A stretch of 64,000 bases of DNA from Thermoanaerobaculia bacterium (GCA_963664405.1 OY761158.1:832001-896000); one strand, 5' to 3'. Shown: positions 1 through 10,005, counted from the first letter of the stretch. Program-made: numbers and translations. Notes: generated by a model from the sequence alone, not told the origin.

Positions 1-1283
1 CTGATGGTGATCACAATCGCACCGCGCCGGCGAAACCACGCCGAGCTGCGGGCGACAGCCTCCTCTCGCAGCCACCATTTCAAAGGTGGCAAGGCGAGCG
101 CCGGTCTGCCGAGCCAACGACCCACCCAGAACATAAGTACGTCACCGACGAAGATACCGACCGCGCACGCGATCACCGCGGACGAGAACGGCAAGCGCCC
201 TTCCGCGACCAGAAGACCGGCGCCAATGCAGGTCAGATCTTCGCTGATCAGAGTCGCCGTAGCGAGCAGAGCCATCATCACCAGCAGAGCCGGGCCCGTC
301 CAGCGAGGCGCATCTAGAGGGTCGAAGGGTGCCTCCGCCAGGCGTAGACGAGCCGCCTCCGCGCGGCTCCGATCCGGCGCCTCGCCGCGCTCGACTCGGC
401 TCCAGAACTCACCCAGGCTCGGAGCGATATCCGGTTCCTGGGTAAAGACGAAAAAGTGATTGGCGTCGAGCATCAGGAGCTCGCTGTGAGGCACGATTCG
501 GTGGTGCTCCAGCGCGGCCTCTCGAGGCACCAGAAAGTCTTCGCGACCGTGCACGATCAGAACCGGCATTTGGAGCCGAGACAAGATTTCGCGGAGTGGG
601 CGCTGGTCGCTATCGTAGAAGTTGCGCGCGTAGGCGTGATCGAGGGGGAACTGGGAGAGGAGTCCCATATGTGGCACTGCCTCCTGCAACAACCACAGTG
701 CTCCGACTTGGAGCCCGTGCAGGAGGTGGTTGAGTCGGTAGTTGCCCAGAAGCTCCATCTCCTGTACCCCAATCGAGGACAGCAGCGCCAGAGACATCAC
801 CCGCTGCGGCACCATTCTCGCCAGTTCCAGAGCTACCCCACCGCCCATGCTGAAGCCGACGAGGTGAAAGCGATCGACTCCGACCTCGTGCAGCCAGTCC
901 CGTACATAGCCCGCGTGGGCAAGAATCGAATAGTCCGGCAGTTCGCCGCTCGAGGCACCGAAGCCGGGAAGATCGGGGGCGAGTAACCAACGGCCTCCGG
1001 CCAAGGCGGGCGCGAGGCGGCGAAAGTCCCGCAGGCCACCGGGGCTCCCATGCAGAAGCACAACAGGCTCGCCGTCGCGATGCCGAGCCCCCCACTCGCC
1101 CCAGCTCATCTGGACTCGAGCCGCCAACCTCTCCTCCCCGCGGATGGCAGCGAGGCCGATTGACTCAGGACCGGTTGGGGGCGACGATCGCCGACCCCGC
1201 TCGACGAAGTGCGAGAGGCCAAGGAGGGCCAGGTAGAGAGCCAAGACCGACCACAGTCGCAGACGACGTCTACCCAAGAACAT
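1..1283 (-). CDS. alpha/beta-fold hydrolase fused to a DedA/VTT membrane domain (3'-partial, runs off left edge)
   Basis: Not in ORF track; hand translation from ATG 1283 gives MFLGRRRLRL...VVLLHGSPG...PDLPGFG...GFSMGG...HGREDFLVP, then LATATLISEDLTCIGAGLLV...GIFVGDVLMFWVGR (DedA-like). Confidence 0.85.
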   Translation of the reverse strand, partial: MFLGRRRLRLWSVLALYLALLGLSHFVERGRRSSPPTGPESIGLAAIRGEERLAARVQMSWGEWGARHRDGEPVVLLHGSPGGLRDFRRLAPALAGGRWLLAPDLPGFGASSGELPDYSILAHAGYVRDWLHEVGVDRFHLVGFSMGGGVALELARMVPQRVMSLALLSSIGVQEMELLGNYRLNHLLHGLQVGALWLLQEAVPHMGLLSQFPLDHAYARNFYDSDQRPLREILSRLQMPVLIVHGREDFLVPREAALEHHRIVPHSELLMLDANHFFVFTQEPDIAPSLGEFWSRVERGEAPDRSRAEAARLRLAEAPFDPLDAPRWTGPALLVMMALLATATLISEDLTCIGAGLLVAEGRLPFSSAVIACAVGIFVGDVLMFWVGRWLGRPALALPPLKWWLREEAVARSSAWFRRRGAIVITI

Positions 1284-1297
1284 GCCAGAGGGATCCT

Positions 1298-1709
1298 ATC
1301 CTTCGGGAATGATGGGTATCATTCCCTGCGGATAGGGCACATGGCGCCGAGGACGGCGCATCCTGCGGAAATGATGGGTATCATTTCCTCCAGATGCGGA
1401 ACATGGCGCCGAGGACGGCGCATTCCAGACCCTTCGGGAATGATGGGGATCACACTCCCCGGATAGGGAACATGCCGCCGAGGACCGCGCATTCCAGAGC
1501 CTCCGGGAATGATGGGGATCACATTCCCCCCGGACAGGGAACATGCCGCCGAGGACGGCGCATCCTGCGGAAATGATGGGTATCATTTCCTCCAGATGCG
1601 GAACATGGCGCCGAGGACGGCGCATCCTGCGGAAATGATGGGTATCATTTCCTCCAGATGCGGAACATGGCGCCGAGGACGGCGCATCCCGGAGCCTCCG
1701 GGAATCATG
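1298..1709 (+). repeat. tandem array (~6 units, ~62-71 bp) of a two-hairpin REP-like repeat
   Basis: Units contain GGAAATGAT-GGGT-ATCATTTCC and GGCGCCGAGGACGGCGC; three units are identical; no unique spacers. Confidence 0.9.
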
Positions 1710-1786
1710 ACCAAGAGGCTCCAGGGGAGGGAACGGTACATACCACTCCCTCCCCTGGACGTGGGTCGATTCCGACTAGAGGGAGG

Positions 1787-2518
1787 TCAGCCCTGCCGGT
1801 TGTAGACCCTTAGGATCTCGACGCCCGCCATCGGGCCAGTTGAGTTCTTCAACGTCACACTGAGGCTGTCGGCCTCGGGTGAAAGAGTCCAGGTCTCGGT
1901 GAGGCGCGACTTCCGGTCATCCATCTCGACCTTGGTCTGCACCACCAGCTTGCCATTCTTCCAGCGGCTCTTGACCGTCCGCAACGCACCGTTATCGAGA
2001 ATGTCGTCGTCTTCTTTGCCGTCCACGAGGATCTCTCTGCTGATCCCGTCGGCAAAGTTGAATGTCACTGCGTTCCCGGACTGAACGATCTCGACCTGAT
2101 CGGCGCTCAGGAGAGAACGCATCTCGCTCAACCCTGGAGGCCCACCAGGACCGCCGCCACGCCCGCCGCGGCCGCCACCGCCACCGCCTCCACCGCCGCG
2201 GCCACCACCACTGCCGAATCCGCCACCGCCACGACCACGGCCACCGCCGCCACCGCCGGATCCGCCGCCACCGCCACGGCCACGGCCACCTCCGCCGCCG
2301 CCACCGCCGCCGCCGCCGGATCTGGCTTCGCGCATCTTCGCTTGAACGTCGTCGCTCGCCTCGGGGTCGAGCACCCAGCTACCGTTGAGATCCAATGCCT
2401 TTTCTTCGCCGACCGCCGCAGCGGTCACCAGGAACAACGACAGGAGCAGTGCAGAGCACGCGGCCCAGACGAAGCTGGAGCTGGGGGCTCTGCAAGTCTT
2501 CACCGGGACCATGCTCAC
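1787..2518 (-). CDS. exported hypothetical protein with long Gly/Arg-rich insert
   Basis: Signal peptide, DLNGSWVLDPEASDD motif, ~60-aa poly-Gly tract, beta-rich C-terminus; overlaps the upstream gene by 4 bp. Confidence 0.7.
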   Translation of the reverse strand: MSMVPVKTCRAPSSSFVWAACSALLLSLFLVTAAAVGEEKALDLNGSWVLDPEASDDVQAKMREARSGGGGGGGGGGGRGRGGGGGSGGGGGGRGRGGGGFGSGGGRGGGGGGGGGRGGRGGGPGGPPGLSEMRSLLSADQVEIVQSGNAVTFNFADGISREILVDGKEDDDILDNGALRTVKSRWKNGKLVVQTKVEMDDRKSRLTETWTLSPEADSLSVTLKNSTGPMAGVEILRVYNRQG

Positions 2519-3030
2519 TTTTCCTCACCGCCACCGCCCGGACCGCGATGCCCTCTGCCTCCACCTCCACCGCGGGGTCCACCTCTCCGGCCACCCTCGC
2601 GGGATGCCATGAAAGCCTCGTACCTGGCTAGCTGCTCGTCATCGAGAAGGGTAGCAGTGTCTTGCTGAAGCTGCTCCTTTAGGCCCCGCCCCTCCTCGTC
2701 GAGCTGGTGAGAGGAGATCATCGCCTCGCCGACCGTGGTCGCATCCGGAGCTCCGCTGTCGAGCTCCTCCTTGATCAGGGCTCGGAAAGAGCTCATCTCT
2801 TTCATCAGCACTCGCGAAGCCTCGCGCTGATCCTGGTGCAACAGAGTCCACTCCTCCTGCTGTGTCTCGCTGAGCTCGAGGAGCTCGAAGAGAGCCTCTG
2901 GGCCGCGAGGCCGAGGGCCTCCATCACCGCCTCCTCGGCTGATGTGCGTTGGCTGCGCCCCTGCGCTCAGCGAAAGCACGAGTGTCAGGGCACAGGCGGC
3001 CGGAACGATAAGCATCCGGTTCTGGGTCAT
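2515..3030 (-). CDS. Spy/CpxP-family periplasmic protein
   Basis: Signal peptide; LELSETQQ and LLDDEQ (LTxxQ-like) motifs; helical; RBS AAGGAG. Confidence 0.75.
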   Translation of the reverse strand: MTQNRMLIVPAACALTLVLSLSAGAQPTHISRGGGDGGPRPRGPEALFELLELSETQQEEWTLLHQDQREASRVLMKEMSSFRALIKEELDSGAPDATTVGEAMISSHQLDEEGRGLKEQLQQDTATLLDDEQLARYEAFMASREGGRRGGPRGGGGGRGHRGPGGGGEEK

Positions 3031-3154
3031 CTTTATCTCCTTTTGCGTCGTCTTTGTCAGTAGCTATCGGTCGCCTCCTAGATCTCTAGGGCGACCTTTC
3101 GACGAAATCGTAGCGGCCCACTCGCACAAAGTCTTCAAGGTGGGGAAAGGACCC

Positions 3155-3169
3155 TGTAAAGAATGTAAA
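3155..3169. promoter_or_regulatory. candidate CpxR/OmpR-type direct-repeat site
   Basis: TGTAAAGAATGTAAA between divergent spy/cpxP-like and kinase genes; resembles GTAAA-N5-GTAAA but spacer is 4 nt. Confidence 0.4.
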
Positions 3170-3215
3170 CTTCGCCAAGGCGAGTAGCCCCGGAGAGCTG
3201 GGGCGCTAGACTCCC

Positions 3216-4252
3216 TTGGTTGTGATCCCGACTCCTCGCATTCTGATCGCGGCGGCCGCGGCCACTGCCGCCCTCCTCATCACCCTTGCGGTTCTCCAGT
3301 ACAACTGGATCGGGCAGGTAAGCCGCGCCGAGCGCGAAGGCATGCTAAAGAGCCTCCAGCTGGCCGCCGACGGAATCGTCGAAGACTTCGACTTCGAAAT
3401 CGCGCGCGCCTTCTTCTCTTTCCAGACCCCGCCCTCCCGCGACCTCCAGCCGGCGGAGGTTCTCAGCGAGAGCTGGCGTGCCTGGGAGACAACCGCTCTG
3501 GAGCCGGACCTCGTTGACGGCATCTACTACCTCGAGCAAGCGGACCGTCGCTCAGAGCCGGAGATCTTTCGGCTGGAGCCGCAGACCGCGGTGCTGGTGC
3601 CTCACCCCTGGGACCAGAGGTTGGAGCCGCTGAAGAGGGCCTCAGGCATGCAGGCCTCGGATCCCTCGAGGCGGCCGCCCGGCCGCGCCCGGGGACCGGG
3701 TGCCCGATCAAACATCGTGGCGGAGATGCCCGCCCTCCTATTCCCGGTACCGCCTACTCCACCCCCGGAGCGGTCGGATCGCGAGGCAGCGCGGCGTGGC
3801 TCAGGCACTCGAGCGTGGATCGCGATCAGCTTAGACCGAGGAGTCATCACCGATCGATTGCTCCCCGAGCTGATCGAAGCTCGGCTCGGGCCCGAGCCGA
3901 GAGAAGTCGAGGTGGCAATCCTAGACACCGACGGAAGATCTGCGGTCTTCCGGTCGAGCAGCGCAATCTACCCGGTAGCTCAGGGGGACGTCCACCGGCC
4001 CCTGTTTACACTGCGGTTCTTTCCGGAGCTTCGCGCACAGGGGTTCCAGAGGCTGTTCGACGACCCCGAAGAACGGCGACGCCTCGAGACCATGCTTGGT
4101 GCCGAAGAACGGCGACGACGGCGAGCACCCTTTCCCCGCCTCGAGCAAGACGCAGCCTGGACCCTCGTACTGACGCGAGCCGAGGGGTCCCTCGAAGCCG
4201 CCGTCGCGCGCGTTCGGCGACGCAACCTCGCGGTCAGTCTCGCCGTACTAGT
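3216..4252 (+). pseudogene. sensor histidine kinase, 5' part (interrupted by IS1380)
   Basis: N-terminal TM, periplasmic domain, SLEAAVARVRRRNLAVSLAVL; rejoins 6072 in frame when the IS and one ACTAGT are removed. Confidence 0.9.
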
Positions 4253-6065
4253 CCTTGAACAAGCGCTTCCTATGTGGTTGCGATAGCCAGAAAAGGAGAA
4301 AAGCCCCGTTCTTTCAGGTAGTTTCAGGTTGACAGACCCAAAAAACACCGGACGAAAGAGAGGCTTTTCAGGTGAAACAGATTACGGTTGTGCAGAGAGA
4401 AGGTCAAGCGGCGATCAAGGCTCGTTTGGATCCGACCTGGTATCCGGAGACGGATGTCCCGATGCTGTCGGAGGAATCGGTGTATTACCAGATATCGACG
4501 AGGAGCAAGGCGATTGTGTGTGGTGGTCTGGGTCTGGTGCGCCAGCTGGTGAAGCACCTGGGTATCGCCAAGACGTTGGATCGGCGTGTGGAGGTGTTGA
4601 AGCGTCACTTTCCGTACCACGAGTCGGATCACATTTTGAACATGATCTACAACTTGGTTACGGGTGGTTGCACGCTTGAGGACCTGGAGCGACGTCGCCG
4701 CGACCTGGCGTATTTGGACGCAGTGGGTGCGCGCAGGATTCCGGGTCCAACGACCGCCGGGGACTTTCTTCGCCGATTCGACGAAAAGCAGATTGTAGGT
4801 TTGTTGGAAGCGAACCTGGAGATCGGCAAAAGGGCTTGGAAGTGGAAGCGGGGCAAGGGCGAAGCGACGATCGATGTTGACGGGACGATCGCGGAGGTGG
4901 GCGGAGATTGCCGAGAAGGTGCCGACCTGGCGTACAACGGGAAATGGGGTTACGGTCCGTTGCTGGTCACGCTGGCGAACTCCTCGGAGGTGTTGTGGGT
5001 GGAGAATCGCTCCGCCTCTCGTCCTTCTCACGAGGGCTCGGCGGCGGCGCTGGAGCGCTGTGCGCAGGCCGCTCTGGCGCGCGGTTTCAACTCGGTTCTG
5101 TTTCGCGGAGACACCGACTTCACGTCGAGCGCCTCCCTGGATGGCTGGGACCAGAAGGGGTATCGGTTCGTGTTCGGGATGATGGCCCACGCGAAGGCCA
5201 AAAACCTGGCAAACAGCTTGGAAGAGGGGGATTTCAAGCCTTTGAAGCGGCCGGATCGGGTGCCTGCCGGCCTTCGCGCCCGACCGCAGAACCAGCGCCA
5301 GCTGGTGATCTCAGCCAAGGGGTATCTGAACCTCGAGCTCGAAGAAGAGGACGTCGCCGAGATCGAATATCGGCCGAGGAAGTGCCGCCAGAACTATCGC
5401 CTGGTGATCCTGCGAAAAACGATCAAGGTCACCCAGGGACAGCACCTTCTGGAGCCGCAGATCCGCTACTTCTTCTATCTTACGAACCTACCGAAGACGA
5501 GTCACAATGCAGCTGCGATCATTGCCGAAAGCAACCAGCGCTGCGACCAGGAGAACCTGATCGCGCAGCTTAAGAGCCAGATCCAAGCCATGAGGATGCC
5601 GACCAAGAGCTTCCTTGGCAACTGGGCCTACTTGGTGATCGGCTGTCTGGCCTGGAACCTGAAAGCCTGGCTGGCTCTCTCGGTTCCCAAGAAGCTTCGC
5701 CCCTATATCGCCCGCTGCGACTTCCGCACCTTCTACCACGACATCATCCTCGTGCCCGCACAAATCCTCAGGTCCGGACGAAGAATGATCTTTCGCCTCC
5801 TCGGCTTCAGAGACACCGTCCCTTGGCTGCTCGAAGCGCACCACGCCGTCTCATGAAGCTTAGCCCCGACCCACAGCGAAAACCTCCAAGGCCGCCTCGG
5901 TCGACCTGTGTCTCCGAAAGCCTCGATTCCGACCCTCTCCCCACACAAGACCCTGCCGACCGCACCGACTCAGCGTTTCTGCGCCAATTCTTCCCACCCG
6001 AGACGACCTTATGGCCCCTTACATGCGACGAACCGATGCTACAAGCGCGAAGCGCTTGTTTAAGG
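4253..6065 (+). mobile_element. IS1380-family insertion sequence
   Basis: IRs CCTTGAACAAGCGCTTC / GAAGCGCTTGTTTAAGG (16/17); ACTAGT duplicated at 4247-4252 and 6066-6071. Confidence 0.93.
4372..5856 (+). CDS. IS1380-family DDE transposase
   Basis: IDVDGT, YNGKWGYGPL, FRGDTDF, RCDQENLIAQLK motifs. Confidence 0.92.
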   Translation: MKQITVVQREGQAAIKARLDPTWYPETDVPMLSEESVYYQISTRSKAIVCGGLGLVRQLVKHLGIAKTLDRRVEVLKRHFPYHESDHILNMIYNLVTGGCTLEDLERRRRDLAYLDAVGARRIPGPTTAGDFLRRFDEKQIVGLLEANLEIGKRAWKWKRGKGEATIDVDGTIAEVGGDCREGADLAYNGKWGYGPLLVTLANSSEVLWVENRSASRPSHEGSAAALERCAQAALARGFNSVLFRGDTDFTSSASLDGWDQKGYRFVFGMMAHAKAKNLANSLEEGDFKPLKRPDRVPAGLRARPQNQRQLVISAKGYLNLELEEEDVAEIEYRPRKCRQNYRLVILRKTIKVTQGQHLLEPQIRYFFYLTNLPKTSHNAAAIIAESNQRCDQENLIAQLKSQIQAMRMPTKSFLGNWAYLVIGCLAWNLKAWLALSVPKKLRPYIARCDFRTFYHDIILVPAQILRSGRRMIFRLLGFRDTVPWLLEAHHAVS

Positions 6066-6882
6066 ACTAGTACTGCTTGGAGCGACCGTGCTAGCCCTCT
6101 TCTTCTCCGCCCGTCAGGCCCAAGCTCTAGCTCAACGTCAGCTGGAGTTCGTTACCGGCATCACCCATGAGCTGCACACGCCACTCGCCGCGATCGCATC
6201 TGCGGCCGAGAACCTCAGCGACGGCGTAGTCCGCGATCAGGATCAGATCCGCCGCTACGGCCGGATGCTCAAGGGGGAGAGCGGGAGGCTGAGAAACATG
6301 GTCGGGCAAGTGTTGGATCTAGCAAGCACCGCCCGCGCCCCGGAAAGCATGCAGCCACGAGCCCTGAATGTCGTGACGGTCCTAGAATCGGTCCTCGAAG
6401 AGCACGACTGGACCCTGAGCGAAGGCGCCTTCACGATTGAGAAGAACTTCGAGGAAGGCCTTCCTGCGGCTCTCGTCGACCCCGATGCGTTTCATCGTGC
6501 CCTGCACAACGTAGTCGGCAACGCCATAAAGTACGGCGGCAGGCGGGAGAAGTGGGTTGGCCTGAAAGTCGACCGCGAAGCGGCCGGTCGAGAGGGCCGG
6601 CTCTGCATACGGGTGCAGGATCGAGGGCCGGGGATCCCCCGCACCGAGCAGCGGCGAATCTTCGACCCCTTCTACCGCGGTACCGCCGTTGCAGCGGGCC
6701 ACATCCACGGCACCGGCCTCGGCCTGGCGGTCGCCCGCCGCCTCCTGGAGGCCAATGGGGGCAGCCTCGAGCTCGAGCTGAGCGAGCGCGGCAGGGGCTC
6801 GACTTTCGTTGTTCGAGTACCTCAGGCACCCGACACGGTCCCGCAAGAGGAGAAGATCGAAGATGAAGCATCCTCCGTCTGA
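6066..6882 (+). pseudogene. sensor histidine kinase, 3' part (HisKA + HATPase)
   Basis: THELHTPL H-box, NVVGNAIKY, DRGPGI, IFDPFYR, GTGLGL. Confidence 0.92.
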
Positions 6883-7588
6883 CCCCAAGGAGCCGCTAGC
6901 ACAGAGTCCGCGCCGCATCTTGGTGGTCGAGGACGAGGTCAGTCTGATTCTGACCCTCGGCGACAGGCTGCGGAGCGAGGGCTACGAAGTCGAGGCCGTC
7001 GAGGACGGAATCGAAGGCTGGGAACGGGCCCGTACCGGTGACTTCGATCTCATCCTGCTCGACGTCGCCTTGCCTGGGCGCAGCGGGCTCGACGTCTGCC
7101 GCGATCTGCGCCAGGAAGGCGTGGGAACTCCCATCTTGATGCTGACTGCACGGACACAGCTTACCGACAAGGTAGTCGGCCTCAAGATAGGAGCCGACGA
7201 CTACCTCACCAAGCCTTTCGACATGATCGAGCTGCTGGCGCGAGTCGAAGCCCTACTGAGACGCACGGGCCGGCCCCTGGGCGGACCCACGAGCTACGCC
7301 TTCGGCGACATCCGAATCGATACGCGCAGCGCCGAAGTCAAGAGAGGCGGAGAGACGGTGGAGATCTCGAGCCTGGAATTCAAGCTCCTCGCCTACATGG
7401 TCGAGAAACGTGGCGCCGTTCTCTCACGAGACGAGCTACTCGACAAGGTATGGGGCTACGACGCGACGCCGACGACACGAACCGTGGACGTGCACGTCGC
7501 CTCTCTGCGCCAGAAAATCGAGCCTACTCCCTCGCACCCGCGCTACATCCTCACCGTCCACGGCATGGGATACCGCTTCGCCGGCTAG
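6863..7588 (+). CDS. OmpR-family response regulator
   Basis: ILVVEDE, LLDVALPG, GADDYLTKPF, TRTVDVHV, TVHGMGYRF; start taken at ATG 6863. Confidence 0.93.
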   Translation: MKHPPSDPKEPLAQSPRRILVVEDEVSLILTLGDRLRSEGYEVEAVEDGIEGWERARTGDFDLILLDVALPGRSGLDVCRDLRQEGVGTPILMLTARTQLTDKVVGLKIGADDYLTKPFDMIELLARVEALLRRTGRPLGGPTSYAFGDIRIDTRSAEVKRGGETVEISSLEFKLLAYMVEKRGAVLSRDELLDKVWGYDATPTTRTVDVHVASLRQKIEPTPSHPRYILTVHGMGYRFAG

Positions 7589-7611
7589 CCGGCCGTCCAG
7601 GGCACCCCTCC

Positions 7612-8403
7612 TCAGAAGCCGGGGTCGTCGGCCCTGTTTTCTGGACTGACTACCGGCACGAACTCGGCGGCGACGAGGGCGCGAAGCTTGCGCCCGAGAT
7701 CTTTGCGGTCGTCGCTCACCGCAGTCTGATCCGAGAAACGTACTGTCGCCTCGAAACGGGATATGCCGATGAGCTGCCAACCGTGGGGGAAGAACGGGGC
7801 ATCACCCCACCAGCAGACTCCGAGATGGGCGGGAATCTCGCCCGCCGGGGTGCGGTAGCCAATCGCGGCGGCGTGAACCGGCTGCGTCTTGCTCACCGGA
7901 AAGGCCAGCAAGCTACTACGGAAGGGAGCGACCACATCCCCTTGTGTACTCGTGCCTTCGCCAAAGAGAACGATACCGAAACCACGGTCTAGCACGTCCG
8001 CGACCAGCGAGTTGACGCGCACGATATCACGGCGCAGCGCGCGGTCGATGAAGATTGTGCCGGCGGCACGGCACAACCAACCAAAAAAGGGCCAGCTCCG
8101 AATCTCGAGCTTGCCGATGAAGTAGGCCTCCACGCAGGAGCCCAGAACCAAAACATCGACGTAGCTGAGGTGGTTGGACACCAAGAAAAAGGGAGCAACC
8201 GGAGGCGTGCCCTCGACTGTCAGTCGCCCTCCCAGAACGCGCAGAGAGGCCCGGGCCCAGTGGCGAAATAGAAAGTTTCGCGCTCGCCTTCGCAGATCCG
8301 CGAACGGCTGCAACAAGACCTGAGCTATCACCATCAAGCTGAAGCTGATGACGTTTACAAACAACAGTAGGAGAAGCCGAAGGGGCTTTCGAAGCGAGCG
8401 CAC
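7612..8403 (-). CDS. lysophospholipid acyltransferase (PlsC/OlsA-like)
   Basis: NHLSYVD, TIFIDR, FGEGTST motifs; start uncertain (GTG 8403 chosen). Confidence 0.85.
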   Translation of the reverse strand: MRSLRKPLRLLLLLFVNVISFSLMVIAQVLLQPFADLRRRARNFLFRHWARASLRVLGGRLTVEGTPPVAPFFLVSNHLSYVDVLVLGSCVEAYFIGKLEIRSWPFFGWLCRAAGTIFIDRALRRDIVRVNSLVADVLDRGFGIVLFGEGTSTQGDVVAPFRSSLLAFPVSKTQPVHAAAIGYRTPAGEIPAHLGVCWWGDAPFFPHGWQLIGISRFEATVRFSDQTAVSDDRKDLGRKLRALVAAEFVPVVSPENRADDPGF

Positions 8404-8417
8404 GTCGTTGTGAGAGA

Positions 8418-9209
8418 TCAGTTGAAAAACAGTCGATAGGTTCGCGGGTCGAGAGACTCTGAATCTAGCATCACGAAGTAGTCGATGGTCTTGAACTCTC
8501 GGTCGATTGCCGGAGGAGCGCAGACCAACCCGCCGTAACGAAGATAGGTGGCGAAGAGTTGAGGAAGCTCGACCGAGGGCTGCGACTCGACGTCGACGGC
8601 CGCACACTCGCACGCAACGGCCGACCGAGGCTGCAGCGACAAATTCGGATGCAGCTTACCTTGCTCTCCAAGCTGACGGTAGAGCCGAAGACCCTTGCAA
8701 GGATCTTGGGAAGTGAGCGAGCAGCAGCCGAATAAGTAGCGCTTATCGAAAGCTTGAAGATACCTCGCCAGGCCCCTCCACAACAGAAACAGGACCTGTC
8801 GATTGCGGTGTTCCAACGCAATGCAAGCTCGGCCCACTTCGACCGCCTTGCAGAGCATCTCATCAGGGAGATCCTCGAGACCGAACTCACCCGCGGAATA
8901 GAAGGCGCCTACCTCCCCCGCCATCTCCAAGGTCTGCATACGGTAGGTGCCGATCACTGTCGACGTCGTCCGATCTTCCACCAGCAGGTGGTGGCAAACG
9001 TTGTCGAAACCGTCTTCATCACGCTCGGTCGCAAAAGAGGTATCCAGTCCCTCGCCCAGCTCCAAGTTGAAGACTCTGAAGCGAAGATGCTGGATCTCAT
9101 CCAGCTCGTCTCTGCTGCGTACGAAGCGCAACCGATAGCGCCCCTGCTCGAGTTCCACGCTCGGGGCTGGGAGCAAGGCGGAAACAGTCTGTCCTACGGC
9201 TTCGGTCAC
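8418..9209 (-). CDS. GNAT N-acyltransferase, OlsB-like (ornithine lipid)
   Basis: LRFRVFNLELGEG, DEDGFD.VCHHLLV, GTYRM, EVGRACI, YLFGCCS, TYLRYGG, PAIDREF. Confidence 0.85.
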   Translation of the reverse strand: MTEAVGQTVSALLPAPSVELEQGRYRLRFVRSRDELDEIQHLRFRVFNLELGEGLDTSFATERDEDGFDNVCHHLLVEDRTTSTVIGTYRMQTLEMAGEVGAFYSAGEFGLEDLPDEMLCKAVEVGRACIALEHRNRQVLFLLWRGLARYLQAFDKRYLFGCCSLTSQDPCKGLRLYRQLGEQGKLHPNLSLQPRSAVACECAAVDVESQPSVELPQLFATYLRYGGLVCAPPAIDREFKTIDYFVMLDSESLDPRTYRLFFN

Positions 9210-9227
9210 GACTATGCCTTCAGCGAG

Positions 9228-9992
9228 TCAATTCGGTTGCAAAGCGATGTGCTCAAGCTCCGCCTGGAAGATGCGTAGGTCCCCCTGGCGATGGATACGC
9301 CCGCGAAGACGTACCGGTTTCGCGACCCAATCTAGGATCTCTCGGCCCGGAGCCGCTCCTCGAGCATCTTGGAGGAGAAAAATGACGCTCTCACCATCGC
9401 TATTCTCGGCGATAAAGAGAGGCGGTATGCCGCCGCTGATGCAACGCACTGAACAAGAGCGATGGGGCTTGCCTCGGCCCGGCTTCATGACCCCGCTGTA
9501 GCATTTGCTGTCGAGGATTTCGCCCACTAGCTGATACACCCCAAGATCCTCTTCCAACGCGGCATCGACCCTCCCGGCACCCAGATCCATCAGTGAGCCG
9601 GGCTCGATCTCCAGAGTCGCAACCGCGTCACTATAAGCGAGGGCTCCGGCAAGTGACACCCTTCTGCCGTCGAGCCCGCCAACGACAGCCCCAGCGCCGT
9701 GCTTTCCAAAAGTACCGAGAAGAAACGAAGAATGAGCCGACGCCCCTTCGGCCGCAGCCCCGGGGCGATCCACGAGGAGGCGAGGGTAGGGCGCCTCGAG
9801 CAGCGTTCCCGTCCACTCGCGATACTCTCCGTATTCGAAAACAGCGGGAGCGAAAGCACTCTCTCGCGAGATCAAGAGCGAGGCAAGCGCGACGCCGCCG
9901 ACCACCAGACCGAGGGCACAGCGGCGCATCAACCGACCGATGCCTGGAGGCACGTCGAGATAGCCGACGAAGAACTCAGGCTCGGGCTTCAT
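9228..9992 (-). CDS. membrane-anchored hypothetical protein with Cys/His motif
   Basis: One TM; DSKC...HRSCSVRCISGGIPP. Confidence 0.75.
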   Translation of the reverse strand: MKPEPEFFVGYLDVPPGIGRLMRRCALGLVVGGVALASLLISRESAFAPAVFEYGEYREWTGTLLEAPYPRLLVDRPGAAAEGASAHSSFLLGTFGKHGAGAVVGGLDGRRVSLAGALAYSDAVATLEIEPGSLMDLGAGRVDAALEEDLGVYQLVGEILDSKCYSGVMKPGRGKPHRSCSVRCISGGIPPLFIAENSDGESVIFLLQDARGAAPGREILDWVAKPVRLRGRIHRQGDLRIFQAELEHIALQPN

Positions 9993-10005
9993 GGCCCCCC
10001 TCCGC

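Noticed and set aside
1298-1709. CRISPR array (also considered for 17422-17696 and 36625-36752)
   Set aside because: Intervening sequences are short and identical or related rather than unique spacers, single units occur elsewhere, and no cas genes are present
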